DNA of 64,000 nucleotides, from IMG/VR virus record IMGVR_UViG_3300040801_002079, positions 62,001 to 126,000 of that record; one strand, 5' to 3'. Position numbers and translations under genes: made by a program. The notes under the pieces are model-generated. The model was given only the letters and a program-made list of their open reading frames with translations, did not search any database and was not told the DNA's origin. Below are positions 9,514 to 21,520 of the stretch, in pieces. Position 1 is the first letter of the stretch, and every line of letters starts with the position of its first letter.

Positions 9514-12500
9514 GGTTATCTCCGTGGTTGATGGAGATATTATAACACAACACTAAGTGTTATGCAACGGAACAATCTGCTTCTATTCTATCATCCATTG
9601 ATCGAATTTCAATGTCCCACACTGAGCAATCATGTGCTTCTGCATATTCTTCAGGGGAACCAAAGCGACATTGATCTTCTCTACAATCTCCGTTAAAATT
9701 CCACGGATGATAGTGATCGCAGATTCCACATTCGAAAATGATATGCATGTTTTACTCCTGATCGTCACCATCAGTGCGTTTCATCTTCGGCTTACTAACT
9801 GATGCTTTGGCGGCACCACGAGCAAGACTGCGTGGAATACCACGTTCAATCAGTTGCTTCAGTTTCTTGCGAAAGATCGGCTGGCGCTGATCCCATTCGT
9901 ATTCCGCAGATGCGCGGGGCTGTGCTGTATCTTTCATTTTATTTCCTCAATCGAATTCCAATGTTTTCAAGCGTTTTCTTTTTCCATGCACGAACCGCAT
10001 CTTCGTTCATTCTGCGAGTCGTAACCTGAAAAGGAAAGTTAAGTACACCTTCTTCCTCTGCATTGGACAGGGCTTCCAGAATATCCTCGGCTTCCTGTTC
10101 GTGGCAAACGGTGATGGTCATTTCAATCATGTTCTTTCTCCGTGGTTGATGGAGATATTATAGCACAGTGGATTTAGTTATTCAAGCTTGTCTGGGATTT
10201 CATCCGGGATTTGTTCTAACAGCACTTTCCATCTTCTGAGAAGTCTTCTAAACTTCTGAACGTCAAACTGTCCTTGTGTTATTTCAAATACGATGGGATC
10301 ATTGGTGGGATTCTTTCTTGATTTCATCATACCTTCAACTTGATAAAGTAGTTGGTCTAATTTCTCTATGAGGTAAAATGCCTGTTGCTGTTCTTCTGTG
10401 TACGCCATAGATGTATTTATCGCGCACCTTTACATTTATTCATTATTCATGTCAATTGCTTCATCAATGTCATCAGCATCACCTCTCCAGATGTGACGCA
10501 TGTATCCCACTTCGCTATAATCATTAGCTGGGTGCTCATAATGTCCGTTATCCGTCCAATAAGCAATGCCCAGAATGTCCCACTCTTTTGGAAAGGGGAT
10601 GTGATTACTGTTGCAAAACTTTTCCAAACGGTTCAAATCGAACTTGGTAATGTTACTATATTCTTCTGGAAGGGTATCGGGGTAAGGAATACCATCACCT
10701 CGAACAAGGATTTCACCGAATGTTGAGTGAATGCGGATCATGCATGACCCTCTGCAAACCACGGGCTGGTCATTTCATCAAAACGACCATGACGGGCATG
10801 ATTCTCATACTCGGCTTCAATACCCAGACGGGATTCAAGAGAGTGAGAGAAGAAGTCATGGAAGTACCAGTGATCTTCGTTGATGGAACCAACTTCCTCA
10901 ACCCGCTGGGCAAGACGCTTTGCGGCTTCCAGACCGTCCTTCGACCAACGCATCGCAGAACCGGAGTCCCTGAAGGAAACATTGTGAACCAGAGTGCGAC
11001 CATCTTCCAGATCGGCGCAGACAAACAGGATGGTGTCGAAGTACTGGGTATCTTCGATGAACTCACCCTCTACGACCCAATCGCTGATGTAAACATTGAT
11101 GACCTTGATCCGTGACATTTGTTTGCTCCGTGGGTGTTTCCGATTTATGAGTCTATTATAACACAACCACCGGTAGTGTCAAGGGAGTTTCCCAAGATTT
11201 TCTGTGATATAATCCCACTTCATCTTCTCTGCAATTTCCCTCAACCAGAAGTGGGGGGCTTTACCATCAAGAGCATTGTTCATGTGATCAATCATCTCAG
11301 CGGCAATCCATCCAATATGCTCTTCGGGGGGATACTCACCTTTTTCACCCTCTTCCCGTGCTAACTCACGAAGTGAATCCATTACAAATTCCGGAGTCAG
11401 AAATTCATCGTTTCCTGTGAAGATTTTCATCAGATCAGTACTCCAGTTCAGGAATGTAACCAACGTGGGCTTCCAACTCAGCATAGACCTTCATGTAGTA
11501 GCTGTACTTACGCTGGGCTTCAGCATTGCTGATTTCACCGTCACAGTGCAGGTTCTCGGGGCTGAGGTCACCCTCAAGGTTGTACACGATCTTTTCCGCG
11601 TCATCACGGGAAAGGGGGAACGTCATCAGGGGACGCTTCGACAGTTCATTCCAGAAGTTCAGGCGTTCAACGTAGTTCTTCAGGTTCTGCATTGACTTTC
11701 TCCGTGGTTGATGGAATCATTATACCACAGTCATTCGTCAAAGTAAAACAATGCTCCTGCATAACCATCATCTTCTTCATTTGTGAATGGGCCTGCGCCC
11801 AGCACATGAGTGTGTGGCTTTTGTTTGGAACTGTGCTCGGTATACACAACAAGTTCCCCATCAGCATTGACACCCATTTCAATATCCCACTCACCCAGCG
11901 TCATTTTGATAACTTCCGGCATCAGTCTACTCCGTATGCTTCCTTACATGGCAATACATCAGAAGTGGTTTCTCGTTGACCGTTAAAGGGATTATAAAAG
12001 TGGTCAATTGAATCAAGAAATGAAGAATCTACCCCCATTATACCACCAGATTCATTATCTTTCCATAATTCCAGTTCAACCAGACCCCCGCTTGTGGGGT
12101 CTATGACTTCAACCGTTGTTATAAATGTATAAGGTTTCATCCTGTTCCATGTCCTTCAATCATGCTGTTGCACCCTTTACTTCGGGGGTGAACAATGCGT
12201 CACGATCCCACATCAGTTTGAGTTCTTCAACTTCACTCAGAAACTGATCCCACATCCATCCATCAATCTCAATGATTTCAGGGTTATACAGATTGTCAAT
12301 GTTAACAAACTGGGCATCACCCAAATCACTATCCTCACTACGGAGATACGTCTTACCGTTCTTCGCTTCAAGGATCATGTTCCAGTATCCATTTTCATAC
12401 ACCCCTATGGATACCACACCAAGACACCCGATATTCAGGGTCTTTTCCCTATGGTCAATCATTAAATTTCCCCTTTAAACACTCAATTCCTCTGCGGCTT

Positions 12501-13851
12501 TCAGTTCTTCGACAACACACCGTGCATCTTCAAACGAGATGTACCTGTCGTTCTTGTCATCGTAAATGAATTCCTCGTCATCTGCATCAAGGAGTTCACT
12601 CTTGATAGATTCCAAGCAATTCAGCACCGTTTCCAGCACATCAGCTTCCGATGAATATTGTGACATTCTTTTCATTTGCTTTCTCCGTGGTCAATGCGTA
12701 TATTATATCACAAATGCATACCCAGTACAACAGCAGAACTTACTGCAAGCACACTGGACATGGTGCGAAAGAGTTTCGGTGAACCCTCAATAGAGGGCAC
12801 AAAGATGGAAAAGAACATTCCAAACAACATTGAACCCAACAGCATCCATTCAAGAGTATTCATAGCATTGTTGTCCTTCTGTTTGATTTCGGAAAGAATA
12901 CCAGTTCTGTGACAGGAAAGCAAATTTCATCTTTCCAATCGGGCTTTACACCGTTAATAATGACAGAACGGTTCTGCAACCAGCGGCGTTTTTCACTGTT
13001 GGAAGCTACAACTGCTTGGTTCCCATTGAATTGCATGGGAACATGGGGCAGGGAACATAAGAACTTCCAAGCTTGCATGACTATCTCCGTGGTTTTGTTT
13101 ATTATACCACGAAGATTAATTCATATCAACTCGTTCAACACTCAGAGTGTCTTGTTCAAAATCTTCAGGCATACCGTCATTGAGAACACTGAAAATCTGA
13201 TGTGCTTCTTCAACAGCTTCATCTTCCGTTTGAGCATTCACTTCGTATGTCTTGGTTACTATTGCTTGGATTGTTACCCTGTAGACATTTTCCATGCTGA
13301 AGTTCAATCCACGGTTCACCCAGAGCACGGGGAAATCGGGATCAGCGTTAACAGACTGTTCTTCTGCATGTTCAGCATCTTCTGCTTCACAGATGAAATA
13401 ATCCCACTCACCTTCGTCCTCACGAATGACTACAAAGGTTTTGAGTCCCTGATCCAAATGTTGATCGGCAATATAATTAATCATTATCATCCTCCAGTGC
13501 TGCGAGTAGATTGTTCAGAACAGGTTTCGGAACGGCATATCCGTGTGTGTCGCAAATGCTCTGCAATCCACCCTGCAATGTAGCCAGCTTCGCTTCCAGT
13601 TCGTCATTCTTCTTCGCTAACTGGTCGCATTCACCTTGATAAAACTCTTGCCAGTAGACTTCTGCTTTTTCTAGTTCAGCGATGCGGTCTGCATCCTCTT
13701 TACGAATCCCGCAAAGCCGACACCGTGGAGCACTCCATGCTCCTCGTACCCAATCGTGATTGCATTCACTCATTCCTGCTTCTCCTTTATGCACCGCTTT
13801 CTCCATTCGTATGAATCCAGTTCGTACTGCGTGTACTTCTGGTTGTATCGG

Positions 13852-14952
13852 TTACACATCGTCATTATCCTCCACAAACTGCTTGAAGTTCTTTACGAGC
13901 ATTTCCTCGTAATCGACAGTACCACCGGTAAACAAACGCATGGCACAATTGAATTCCATTCGGTTCAAGTCATTCTGTCCCTTGATTGCATAGGACTTGC
14001 GATCTAAATGCTTGTTTTCCTTATGGAAGCTTTCAACAGAGTGTACCATAGAATTCAATGCATGTCCAGCAATTCGCTCCATTTCCTCAATTCGATTCAG
14101 AGTGTATGCATCATCATGGAACAATGAACGCAGATCATCGGTAGCACCACGAACAGCAACCTCAAACAATCGACGGTTCGACTGGATTGAATCCTTTGCA
14201 CGATGTAGACTAAAGTATTCCTCGGTCTTGATCTTGATACGTTGACCACTTCCCAGACCCATAATGAACCCTTCAATACCCTTCATGGTGGGAATTTCGG
14301 CAGCAAATGACACAGAATCATCTACCATATGGGTATGATCCTCCACCATGTACTCATGTCCGAAGATTTCATAGAGAAGATCATAGTCCCAATAACTCAA
14401 GTCGGAGTTATTACGGACAGCAAGCACACGCAGTTCACACTCCTGATAAGGGAGCACGATACGATTCTTTGGAGAAGTATACTCCATGATGACAGTAGAA
14501 TCTTCAGATGCAACACGCTGCACCATGTCACGGAAGTATTCATCCTTGTTAAGAAGGTTGGTTGCTTCCAATGCTTGATCGGATGCGATAGCAGTCTTGG
14601 ACTTCAGGCACAGCATGTCCTCATGAAAGAAGGTGCTGATTAAAGAACCATCACGCTTTTCATGAACAAACCGGACATCGGATAAGTCCAAGTTCATGGT
14701 CATTGGATTCTCGTTCAAGTTAAAGAACTTCTCTAACGGTGCTGAAACAAGTTCAACGTCGGCACCGTCAACACGAAACATGTGACCACGACACTCAAGG
14801 GCATCTGGCTCAAGGAAATCAGTGTAAGATGCTAACCGGTAAGTGAACACACGATAAAGCACTCCGTTGATGTTGTGGTCAACGAAATAGAATGCTTCAT
14901 TGACATCAACCAATCGCATTAGGTTGTTATAAAGTTCTTGTACTCGGTTCAT
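13852..14952 (-). CDS. rnlA: RNA ligase 1 (T4 RnlA family)
   Basis: LECRG, PLEKFFNLNEN, motif I KRDGSL, EYTSP.NRIV, EGF, KIK...Y..LH. Confidence 0.92.
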   Translation of the reverse strand: MNRVQELYNNLMRLVDVNEAFYFVDHNINGVLYRVFTYRLASYTDFLEPDALECRGHMFRVDGADVELVSAPLEKFFNLNENPMTMNLDLSDVRFVHEKRDGSLISTFFHEDMLCLKSKTAIASDQALEATNLLNKDEYFRDMVQRVASEDSTVIMEYTSPKNRIVLPYQECELRVLAVRNNSDLSYWDYDLLYEIFGHEYMVEDHTHMVDDSVSFAAEIPTMKGIEGFIMGLGSGQRIKIKTEEYFSLHRAKDSIQSNRRLFEVAVRGATDDLRSLFHDDAYTLNRIEEMERIAGHALNSMVHSVESFHKENKHLDRKSYAIKGQNDLNRMEFNCAMRLFTGGTVDYEEMLVKNFKQFVEDNDDV

Positions 14953-14954
14953 TG

Positions 14955-15131
14955 TTATACGTCTTTTATCTGATGCTTCCCACAACGTTCACACGTTCTC
15001 TCATGTGCTAGCACTTTATCAATCACCACTTTCTCCGGTTCACCACACCATGCATAATGTATGGTCTTTTTGAACAACTGGGGGGCAGAAAACTTTCCCC
15101 ACTTGTGGATTCCAAATGTACAAAGGTTCAT
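14955..15131 (-). CDS. Small Cys/His protein (C..GIHKW...C.RCG)
   Basis: 58 aa, hand-translated, below the ORF track cutoff; early-type promoter upstream. Confidence 0.55.
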   Translation of the reverse strand: MNLCTFGIHKWGKFSAPQLFKKTIHYAWCGEPEKVVIDKVLAHERTCERCGKHQIKDV

Positions 15132-15179
15132 GATAGTATCCGTGTCCGTGTTAAGTAAGGCTATTATAACACAATAGAA

Positions 15180-15495
15180 AAGAAAAGTCCACCCTAGCTA
15201 CCTTCAGGTGGACAATCATTTTTACGGTAGCAAACCGGTTCCCGCCGGATGCGATGGGAATTTCAAGTAGGTAGTCCCACCGTTCACCTTTCTCTTTCGG
15301 CCTTGAGGGTTCACGTTCATCCGTCGATTACTGGTACTTCCCCTCAGACCTTACTCTTCACATTTACAAGTCGGGAAACCATGCTAGCAAGGGTGATGTA
15401 GCGTCCTACATCCTTTTTTCCGATCCTCTGAGTCTAGCTGACCGTTACGTACACATCGTTTCGTTTGTCTATTAGTTCCTTTGGTTCTCTTGAGT
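15180..15495 (-). ncRNA. Candidate ~310 nt ncRNA with its own promoter and terminator
   Basis: TTGCAA-17-TATACT at about 15528-15500; terminator GTCCACC...GGTGGAC-TTTTCTTTT at about 15213-15178; no credible ORF between. Confidence 0.5.
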
Positions 15496-16161
15496 ATTTA
15501 GTATATCATCCCGCTTTAAACTTTGCAAGTTCTTCTCGCAGTTCTCCGAGCACTTCGTGGACATATTCCTGATCTTCCTTGGATTCACACCGGTACTCGA
15601 AGTAATCATCAATCTTGTTCATCGCGGCGATGTACAGATTCAGGTAGATTGCAGTCAGGTCATCACTCATGATTCACTCTCCCTCAATCCCCACTCATCG
15701 GCAACATCAAGCAGTTCTTTACTTTCTTTGGTCTTATGTTCGCACTTGCGATATCCACATGCAATCCAATATTTTTCATTCTTTTCGTTTTGGAAAATCA
15801 TACCATTGTAATGACCGCAATCAGGGCAAGCGTCCAGATCAGAAATCGTGATACCCAGTTCACCCATTTGACTTCTCCGTGGTTGGTACAACCATTATAC
15901 CCTAAAGAGTTTAGAATGTCAATATCCAAGACCAGCACAACAGTGCAACAATGAATGGTTTTAACATGGGAAATACTGTGCGCACACCGCGTAAAGTATC
16001 CATGTCCCTTTCAAATTGGGTATAGGTTACTGCACCATAAAGTCGCAAGGAAAGTAATGCGGTTGAACCCAAACCCAAAACCCATGCAATAATTGTAATG
16101 AATGTGATAAGTTTTTCCATTTAACTTCTCCGTGGGTAATAGATGCATTATAACACAATGC

Positions 16162-16740
16162 TCAAACGGATGCAATTCCTTTATTCAATGATGACCAGAT
16201 TTCCAAGTCCATTTCGGCAGGAGTTTTACCCATTTTCTCACAAAATTCGAGGAATTTCTTCTCTAATTCCCGGTATTTCCCACCATTTGGGGTAACTTTG
16301 GGGACATTTTCATCCAAATTGACACTCAACCACTTCAGAATGTGGGTATCAAGCACTGCAAACTGTTGATTTGGTCGTGAATGAGTCAGAAAAAAACGTG
16401 CAGTCTTCGGACCAACACCAAAAACGGATTCCAAATCCTCAACCGTGCAATTACGCAGATCAAGTTTCAGGCTTTCAACGAAGCAACGGTGTACACGTTT
16501 GTACTGACCCAGCTTTTCTGCTTTGATGTCTTCGTCCAGATACTTGTGTTGACGCAAATCTATGTAACGAAAAGGTGAAATTCCCACCGAAGCGGCAGGT
16601 TTCAGGAAATTTGCAAGCTTTTTGGCTTGAACTTGTGAGTTTTTACCCGCAACCAGTACACAAAACAACCAAAATGCTTCAAGGTCTTCGTCTGAGCGGT
16701 TAAAATCAGTGATGTTATGTGGATCAATGAGATAACGCAT
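16162..16740 (-). CDS. HhH-family DNA glycosylase/AP lyase (Ogg-like)
   Basis: HhH motif L..VFGVGPKTARFFL, AVLDTHIL, Y..LE and C-terminal DLEIW. Confidence 0.8.
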   Translation of the reverse strand: MRYLIDPHNITDFNRSDEDLEAFWLFCVLVAGKNSQVQAKKLANFLKPAASVGISPFRYIDLRQHKYLDEDIKAEKLGQYKRVHRCFVESLKLDLRNCTVEDLESVFGVGPKTARFFLTHSRPNQQFAVLDTHILKWLSVNLDENVPKVTPNGGKYRELEKKFLEFCEKMGKTPAEMDLEIWSSLNKGIASV

Positions 16741-17654
16741 AACTTACTCCGTGGTTTTGTTTATTATACCACAGACTGTTTAGCAAATCCAGCATCAATC
16801 CGCATTTGAATTAGGTCTTTTCCTTCATCTGGATGACAGCAATAGCGAATAAGCGGAATGTTAGGCGGGACTCCCATTTCCTTTTCTGCTTCAGCAATTT
16901 CATTGTCCCATGATCCGTTATAGATCATACCGAGACGTTCCAACCGGTCACATTCAGGGCACCACCGGTAATATCCTTTACCACAATAATCATCAGATAT
17001 CACATATTTCCATGGATGATCATGGAAACGTTTTAACAATTTACCCTTTCGTTTTATATGGGGTTTCATACACGAAGTTCCTTCTTTGCGGCACGACGAG
17101 CAGCACGGTTAGCAACTGCATGACGTTCCTTTCCGGGGCGACCCCAAGAACCGGCAACGCGGCGACCATAGTGCTTTACGCAACGGGAATTGGTAACAGG
17201 TGCTTTCATTTTTCCTTCTTCATCTTGTTATGAAACAAAGCTTCGGCTTTACTGAGTTTTTCCAGAACATCAGTTAAACTATTTAAAACTTGGTGCGCTT
17301 CATCTAGTTCATTAACCGACCATAGTTTAGATGTCCTAAGGACATCCTTTATATCCAACACTGTAAGTTTAGCAGTGTACGACATATCCCGAAGGTGGGT
17401 CAGGAGTTCTTTATCAGTTGCTGTTCCCATGATGATCCGATCCGTGTTGACTTTTACTTCAATTGTGATAATTATATATGTAAGGGGAAGAAAAGTCAAG
17501 TCAAAGGAGACATTATGACAAAAAAAGAAAAGGTGTTAACTAAACCCGTAAAGATTGGACACGGTATTCACCGTGCTAAGAAGACCAACCATAAAGATCA
17601 CACTCGTGATTTGAAGCATGAACAGAAATGGATTGAAAGAAAGCTAGACAACAA

Positions 17655-17850
17655 GTAGAAAAGGGGATACCGGCGTAATCCGATATCCCCTCTCCCTTTT
17701 ACGTGTCGGCCCGGAGGTTTGATGGGAAGGATTTCCCCCTCCGTGACCGACCACCACGGATTTGCGTGGTTGCTTCAGTTTTAGTGCGAAGCAACCGAAG
17801 TCACTGATTCCAACAATCACAAAGGAGGTCTATCACCTCGAAACCTATTA
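17655..17850. ncRNA. Candidate structured intergenic RNA ending in a terminator-like hairpin
   Basis: Stacked stems GGGGATA/TATCCCC, GTCGG/CCGAC, CGGAGG/CCTCCG, GGTTGCTTC/GAAGCAACC, GAGGT/ACCTC. Confidence 0.4.
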
Positions 17851-18774
17851 TACTAAACGTACTCGTCGTTGTCAAGTGCTTCGTTAATTTCATCGTCAGT
17901 AATGAAGTCACCAGCCTCAATCTCAACAACTTCAGTTGATCCATCTTCCTTCACAACCACAACACTCTTGGGAATGAAATCCTCAGGAACATAGAAGTCA
18001 TCCATCGGCAAATCAACATCGTCTATAATGCGACCAGCCTCTTCGTTCTCGCGTTTACACTCTTCGCATGTGGTTACGATCACATAAGTGCCAGTAACAG
18101 TGTCTAGGACGTTGTACGTGCTCTCATCACTGTTATACCATTCAGCCGGAATATCGTGTGGGCAACTTCCCACATAATGTGTCTGTTCCATGTAAGTCTC
18201 CTATAAATATACTCAAGTAGTATAACACACAAGGGAAACTTACACAATGGGTGAACACCAATTTCTAAAATTGCTTGCCAGAGTTATAAAACTGCACAAA
18301 GATGTCAGAATTTACAACACCGGTTATACCAGATTTGAATATGAACTTACCGAAGCAAATGGGACATTATTTCTAACGGTCCAGTTTCCAAGTCATAACA
18401 ATAAAGTTACCGTATCGTATGAAACCAAACAATACGATAACTTTCTTGAAAAACTGAATGAAGCAGAAGAATACCTTTACGACAAACAGCATTTAACCCG
18501 AAGATATTTTTAAATCTTCTTCGGGAACCCACTCTCTGTCCACTCATCTGAAAACGTAACGTTTGCGTTATCGTCCCAGAGGGAAGTGTACATGTCTCGC
18601 AGGGTTTCCCTCACGCTTTCACGTTCCTCGTCATCAAGGAAGTCTTCAACACCGAGAGGAACCTCAATGTTATAACCGTAGATACCGACACCGGGATCAC
18701 CGTGGCTAATAACGGATGCAGTGAGTTCAGTCATGTTTGTGTCTCCGTGGTTGATGTGTGTATTATATCACACT

Positions 18775-19059
18775 TCAATCATCGGAGTCAAGTTGAATAA
18801 GGTTATTGTCTACCCAATGCATTGCTTCTTTCATTGTCATTCGGGATTCATTGCGAACATACTTGATAATGTCAACACGATCAAGACCATTATCACGCAT
18901 ATTCTGTGCTTCAGACTTCCATTCAGACTCTAAACCACTTAGAATCTCAACGAAAAGATCAGGGCGACGAGTTGCAACCTCAACCCCGAACTGCTCCCAG
19001 TCAACCCCGGAAGCAGTTGCTTTGATGATTTGGGCAAAGGTGTCTTTACTGAGTTCCAT
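18775..19059 (-). CDS. Protein with a ribosomal L7/L12 C-terminal-like motif
   Basis: IIKYVRNESRMTMKEAMHWVD resembles IK.VR..TG.GLKEAK..V. Confidence 0.5.
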   Translation of the reverse strand: MELSKDTFAQIIKATASGVDWEQFGVEVATRRPDLFVEILSGLESEWKSEAQNMRDNGLDRVDIIKYVRNESRMTMKEAMHWVDNNLIQLDSDD

Positions 19060-19301
19060 TATTCCTCAAATTCCTCCCCAAAGAATCCCGGTTCTCCACC
19101 CATGTTGTAAGATTCTTCGATAAGTTCTTCTTTTGTAAGGGATTTGGTTGAATCAACTTTCCATCTTCCCATGAAATCCCCAAAGGTCATCTGATAGTTC
19201 AAATCCTCCAGTGAGGCATGATCCAGACTTTCAGTGTCGGCAAGCACTTCAATGGTGATGGTGTGCTTGTAGATTCCCGTGTTTTCAGACATGATTATTC
19301 C

Positions 19302-19778
19302 TTAGTTGCTCTGTGACTGGCTAAACCCAATGTTCCCCTGCACCTGTCCATTGTAGTAACCAATGTTACCATGGCGGTGCGTTGAGTTCAAGTTTCCATT
19401 ACATCCACTCGTAGATGATCCACTACTGAACCCAAAGTTACCATAGATTTGTCCATTGTAGTAACCAATGTTACCATGACGGCTTGCATGATTACCGTTA
19501 CAGGGATAACCACCATAACCATAACCGGGGTGAGGGTAATGTCCAATCGGAGGATACGGACGATAACCGGGGCGATAACCGTAATAGTTCGTGCTTCCAC
19601 CAGCACCCGTGCATCCGTAAACAGAATACATGCAGTGAGCACCACCAACACCAACCGGGGGATTGTGACCACCGTAGGGCATACCGTTCTGATCGACATA
19701 GCGACCTCGTGACTGTGCTTCGGCTGAAACCGAGAACAGGATCATAAGCGTGGCAAGTAGCGTGGCAAGAAATTTCAT
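19302..19778 (-). CDS. Signal-peptide Gly/Tyr/Asn-rich protein with an internal repeat
   Basis: MKFLATLLATLMILFSVSAEA signal peptide; RHGNIGYYNGQ..GN.GFS twice. Confidence 0.7.
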   Translation of the reverse strand: MKFLATLLATLMILFSVSAEAQSRGRYVDQNGMPYGGHNPPVGVGGAHCMYSVYGCTGAGGSTNYYGYRPGYRPYPPIGHYPHPGYGYGGYPCNGNHASRHGNIGYYNGQIYGNFGFSSGSSTSGCNGNLNSTHRHGNIGYYNGQVQGNIGFSQSQSN

Positions 19779-19835
19779 GACTTTCTCCTTAAGTATGGCG
19801 ATAGTATAACACAAAACTACCGTCGATACAAGTAT

Positions 19836-20498
19836 TTAGAGATAGGTAAGACTTTTGATCCCATTGGAAACAGGGGCATGACGTAAATCCTGATAGAAGG
19901 AAAGCTGTTCAACCGTCTTGCGTCCATTCATGAAAGCAACCCACTCATCCCTCTTGATGAGGAACAACTTACCAAGGGTGTTCTTGCGTCCACGCATGTA
20001 GCGGGAAGAAAGGCGTTTCGGAAAACGATGGTAACCCGTTTCCAAATCCTCAACCTGACCATTGTTGACCAGCACCAGTCTCCACGGCTGGATTTCAACC
20101 TTACGGGCATTACCAGCAGAAGAGGCAGAGGGGGCTTTAACACCCACCTTACGGGCAACACGCTTCCATTCTGCACCATGCGGGGCAACCTTGCGAACCC
20201 ACTTGCGACCCGTCCAACGACGAGCAAAGAAATCTTCACGCTTACCGGCATCCACATATTCTTCGTAATGCAGGGCATGGGCAATCTCGTGGCGAATGGT
20301 GTTGACCACATCTTCCTTCGAATCGTGATCCACACGCTGACGGGAAATGGACAGTCTTTTTGCATTGTAGTTGCACAGACCATGACGGGACTTGGCATTG
20401 TCAACCTTGAACGTCCATCCCTTTTGCACCAAACCCCATGCATTCATTTCAGCAATGGCAAGGGCAACGACATCTGAGTAAGTGGAAAACTGGGACAT
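19836..20498 (-). CDS. SprT-like zinc metalloprotease
   Basis: R.GLC.Y, TIRHEIAHAL, HGAEWKRVA. Confidence 0.85.
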   Translation of the reverse strand: MSQFSTYSDVVALAIAEMNAWGLVQKGWTFKVDNAKSRHGLCNYNAKRLSISRQRVDHDSKEDVVNTIRHEIAHALHYEEYVDAGKREDFFARRWTGRKWVRKVAPHGAEWKRVARKVGVKAPSASSAGNARKVEIQPWRLVLVNNGQVEDLETGYHRFPKRLSSRYMRGRKNTLGKLFLIKRDEWVAFMNGRKTVEQLSFYQDLRHAPVSNGIKSLTYL

Positions 20499-20562
20499 TG
20501 ATTCGCTCCGTGGTTAGCTATTCAATGTAGAACATTGTATCAAAAATCTTTGAGCATTGCAA

Positions 20563-21177
20563 CTACTTGGAGTAAATTTTATATCCCTCTGTGCTCTTGT
20601 CGATGTTATATCCCTTGTTCTCAAGCTTGGGAATGCGTTGAAATCCACGGGATGTCTTGGAACCGTGCATGGCAAAGTCCATAATGTTATCATCACTCAG
20701 GTCACCACCACCGAATTCCTTTTCAAAGAACTCAGTGACAGTAGGGTCTTTGCGTTCCAATGCCTTCTTGAATGATGTGAAGATGTCTTTGTTGCGAGTG
20801 ACATGTATATTACGTTTTGCTAATCCATGCATGTTCTTAAGGATTTCATCTTCAACATTGTCCGGGACAACATTCAAAACAAAGCAGGAGAGTCCCACAT
20901 CAAACGTGTCATCAGGGAGTTTATTGGATACGCCTTCCCATCCATCGCAGTCAGTTCCATGGTAGGGATCATAGGTGTATACCTTAACCCCTCTATCACG
21001 CAACCATTTAGCGTTACGCCCCGTTTTACCAGCACCATAGTCCAACACCTTCATTCCATCCGTTATGTCGTTCTGGAGGAACAGGTGGCGTACAGCAGGG
21101 GCTACACCGGCTGAGATGGATGTACCACCCTCTTCAAGTGGTTCACCTTGGTATACTTTTAGGTCTTTGAGTTTCAT
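20563..21177 (-). CDS. Class I SAM-dependent methyltransferase (late, N-terminally tagged)
   Basis: VLDYGAGKTGRNA, YDPY, FD.....FVLNVV; TATAAATA-N5-ATG. Confidence 0.82.
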   Translation of the reverse strand: MKLKDLKVYQGEPLEEGGTSISAGVAPAVRHLFLQNDITDGMKVLDYGAGKTGRNAKWLRDRGVKVYTYDPYHGTDCDGWEGVSNKLPDDTFDVGLSCFVLNVVPDNVEDEILKNMHGLAKRNIHVTRNKDIFTSFKKALERKDPTVTEFFEKEFGGGDLSDDNIMDFAMHGSKTSRGFQRIPKLENKGYNIDKSTEGYKIYSK

Positions 21178-21384
21178 GCATGTATTTATAAATCCGTGAT
21201 CGACACAGTATAGCACAAATTAACTTTGTGTCAAGCTTGATAAATAAAATTACATGTGATAGGATATCAGAATGCGAAATCATAATTTATTACGAAAGGC
21301 TATAACATTGAGAAGTACAGAAACGATTATAAACAAAGAAGGCTTCATTGAGTATGAAGATTGATCCCATCAATCCTTAGTTAC

Positions 21385-21476
21385 GTTGCAGTGGCAGAGT
21401 CTGGTTATGCGCTGGATTGCAAATCCAGTTAGTGCTCGAAAGGGCCACGCGGGTTCAAATCCCGCCTGCAACTCCA
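21385..21476 (+). tRNA. tRNA-Cys(GCA) with an atypical long variable arm
   Basis: GTTGCAG/CTGCAAC acceptor, U73, CCA; CTGGA-TTGCAAA-TCCAG anticodon arm; about 20 nt variable region. Confidence 0.88.
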
Positions 21477-21520
21477 ACCTTCCAAACATACATTATGTTT
21501 CAATTACTATAAATAGTAAT

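Noticed and set aside
21386-21520. N-terminal extension of the HNH ORF in the track
   Set aside because: It overlaps tRNA-Cys; the real start is ATG 21521 after the late promoter. The same applies to 7569-7634 over the tRNA exon.
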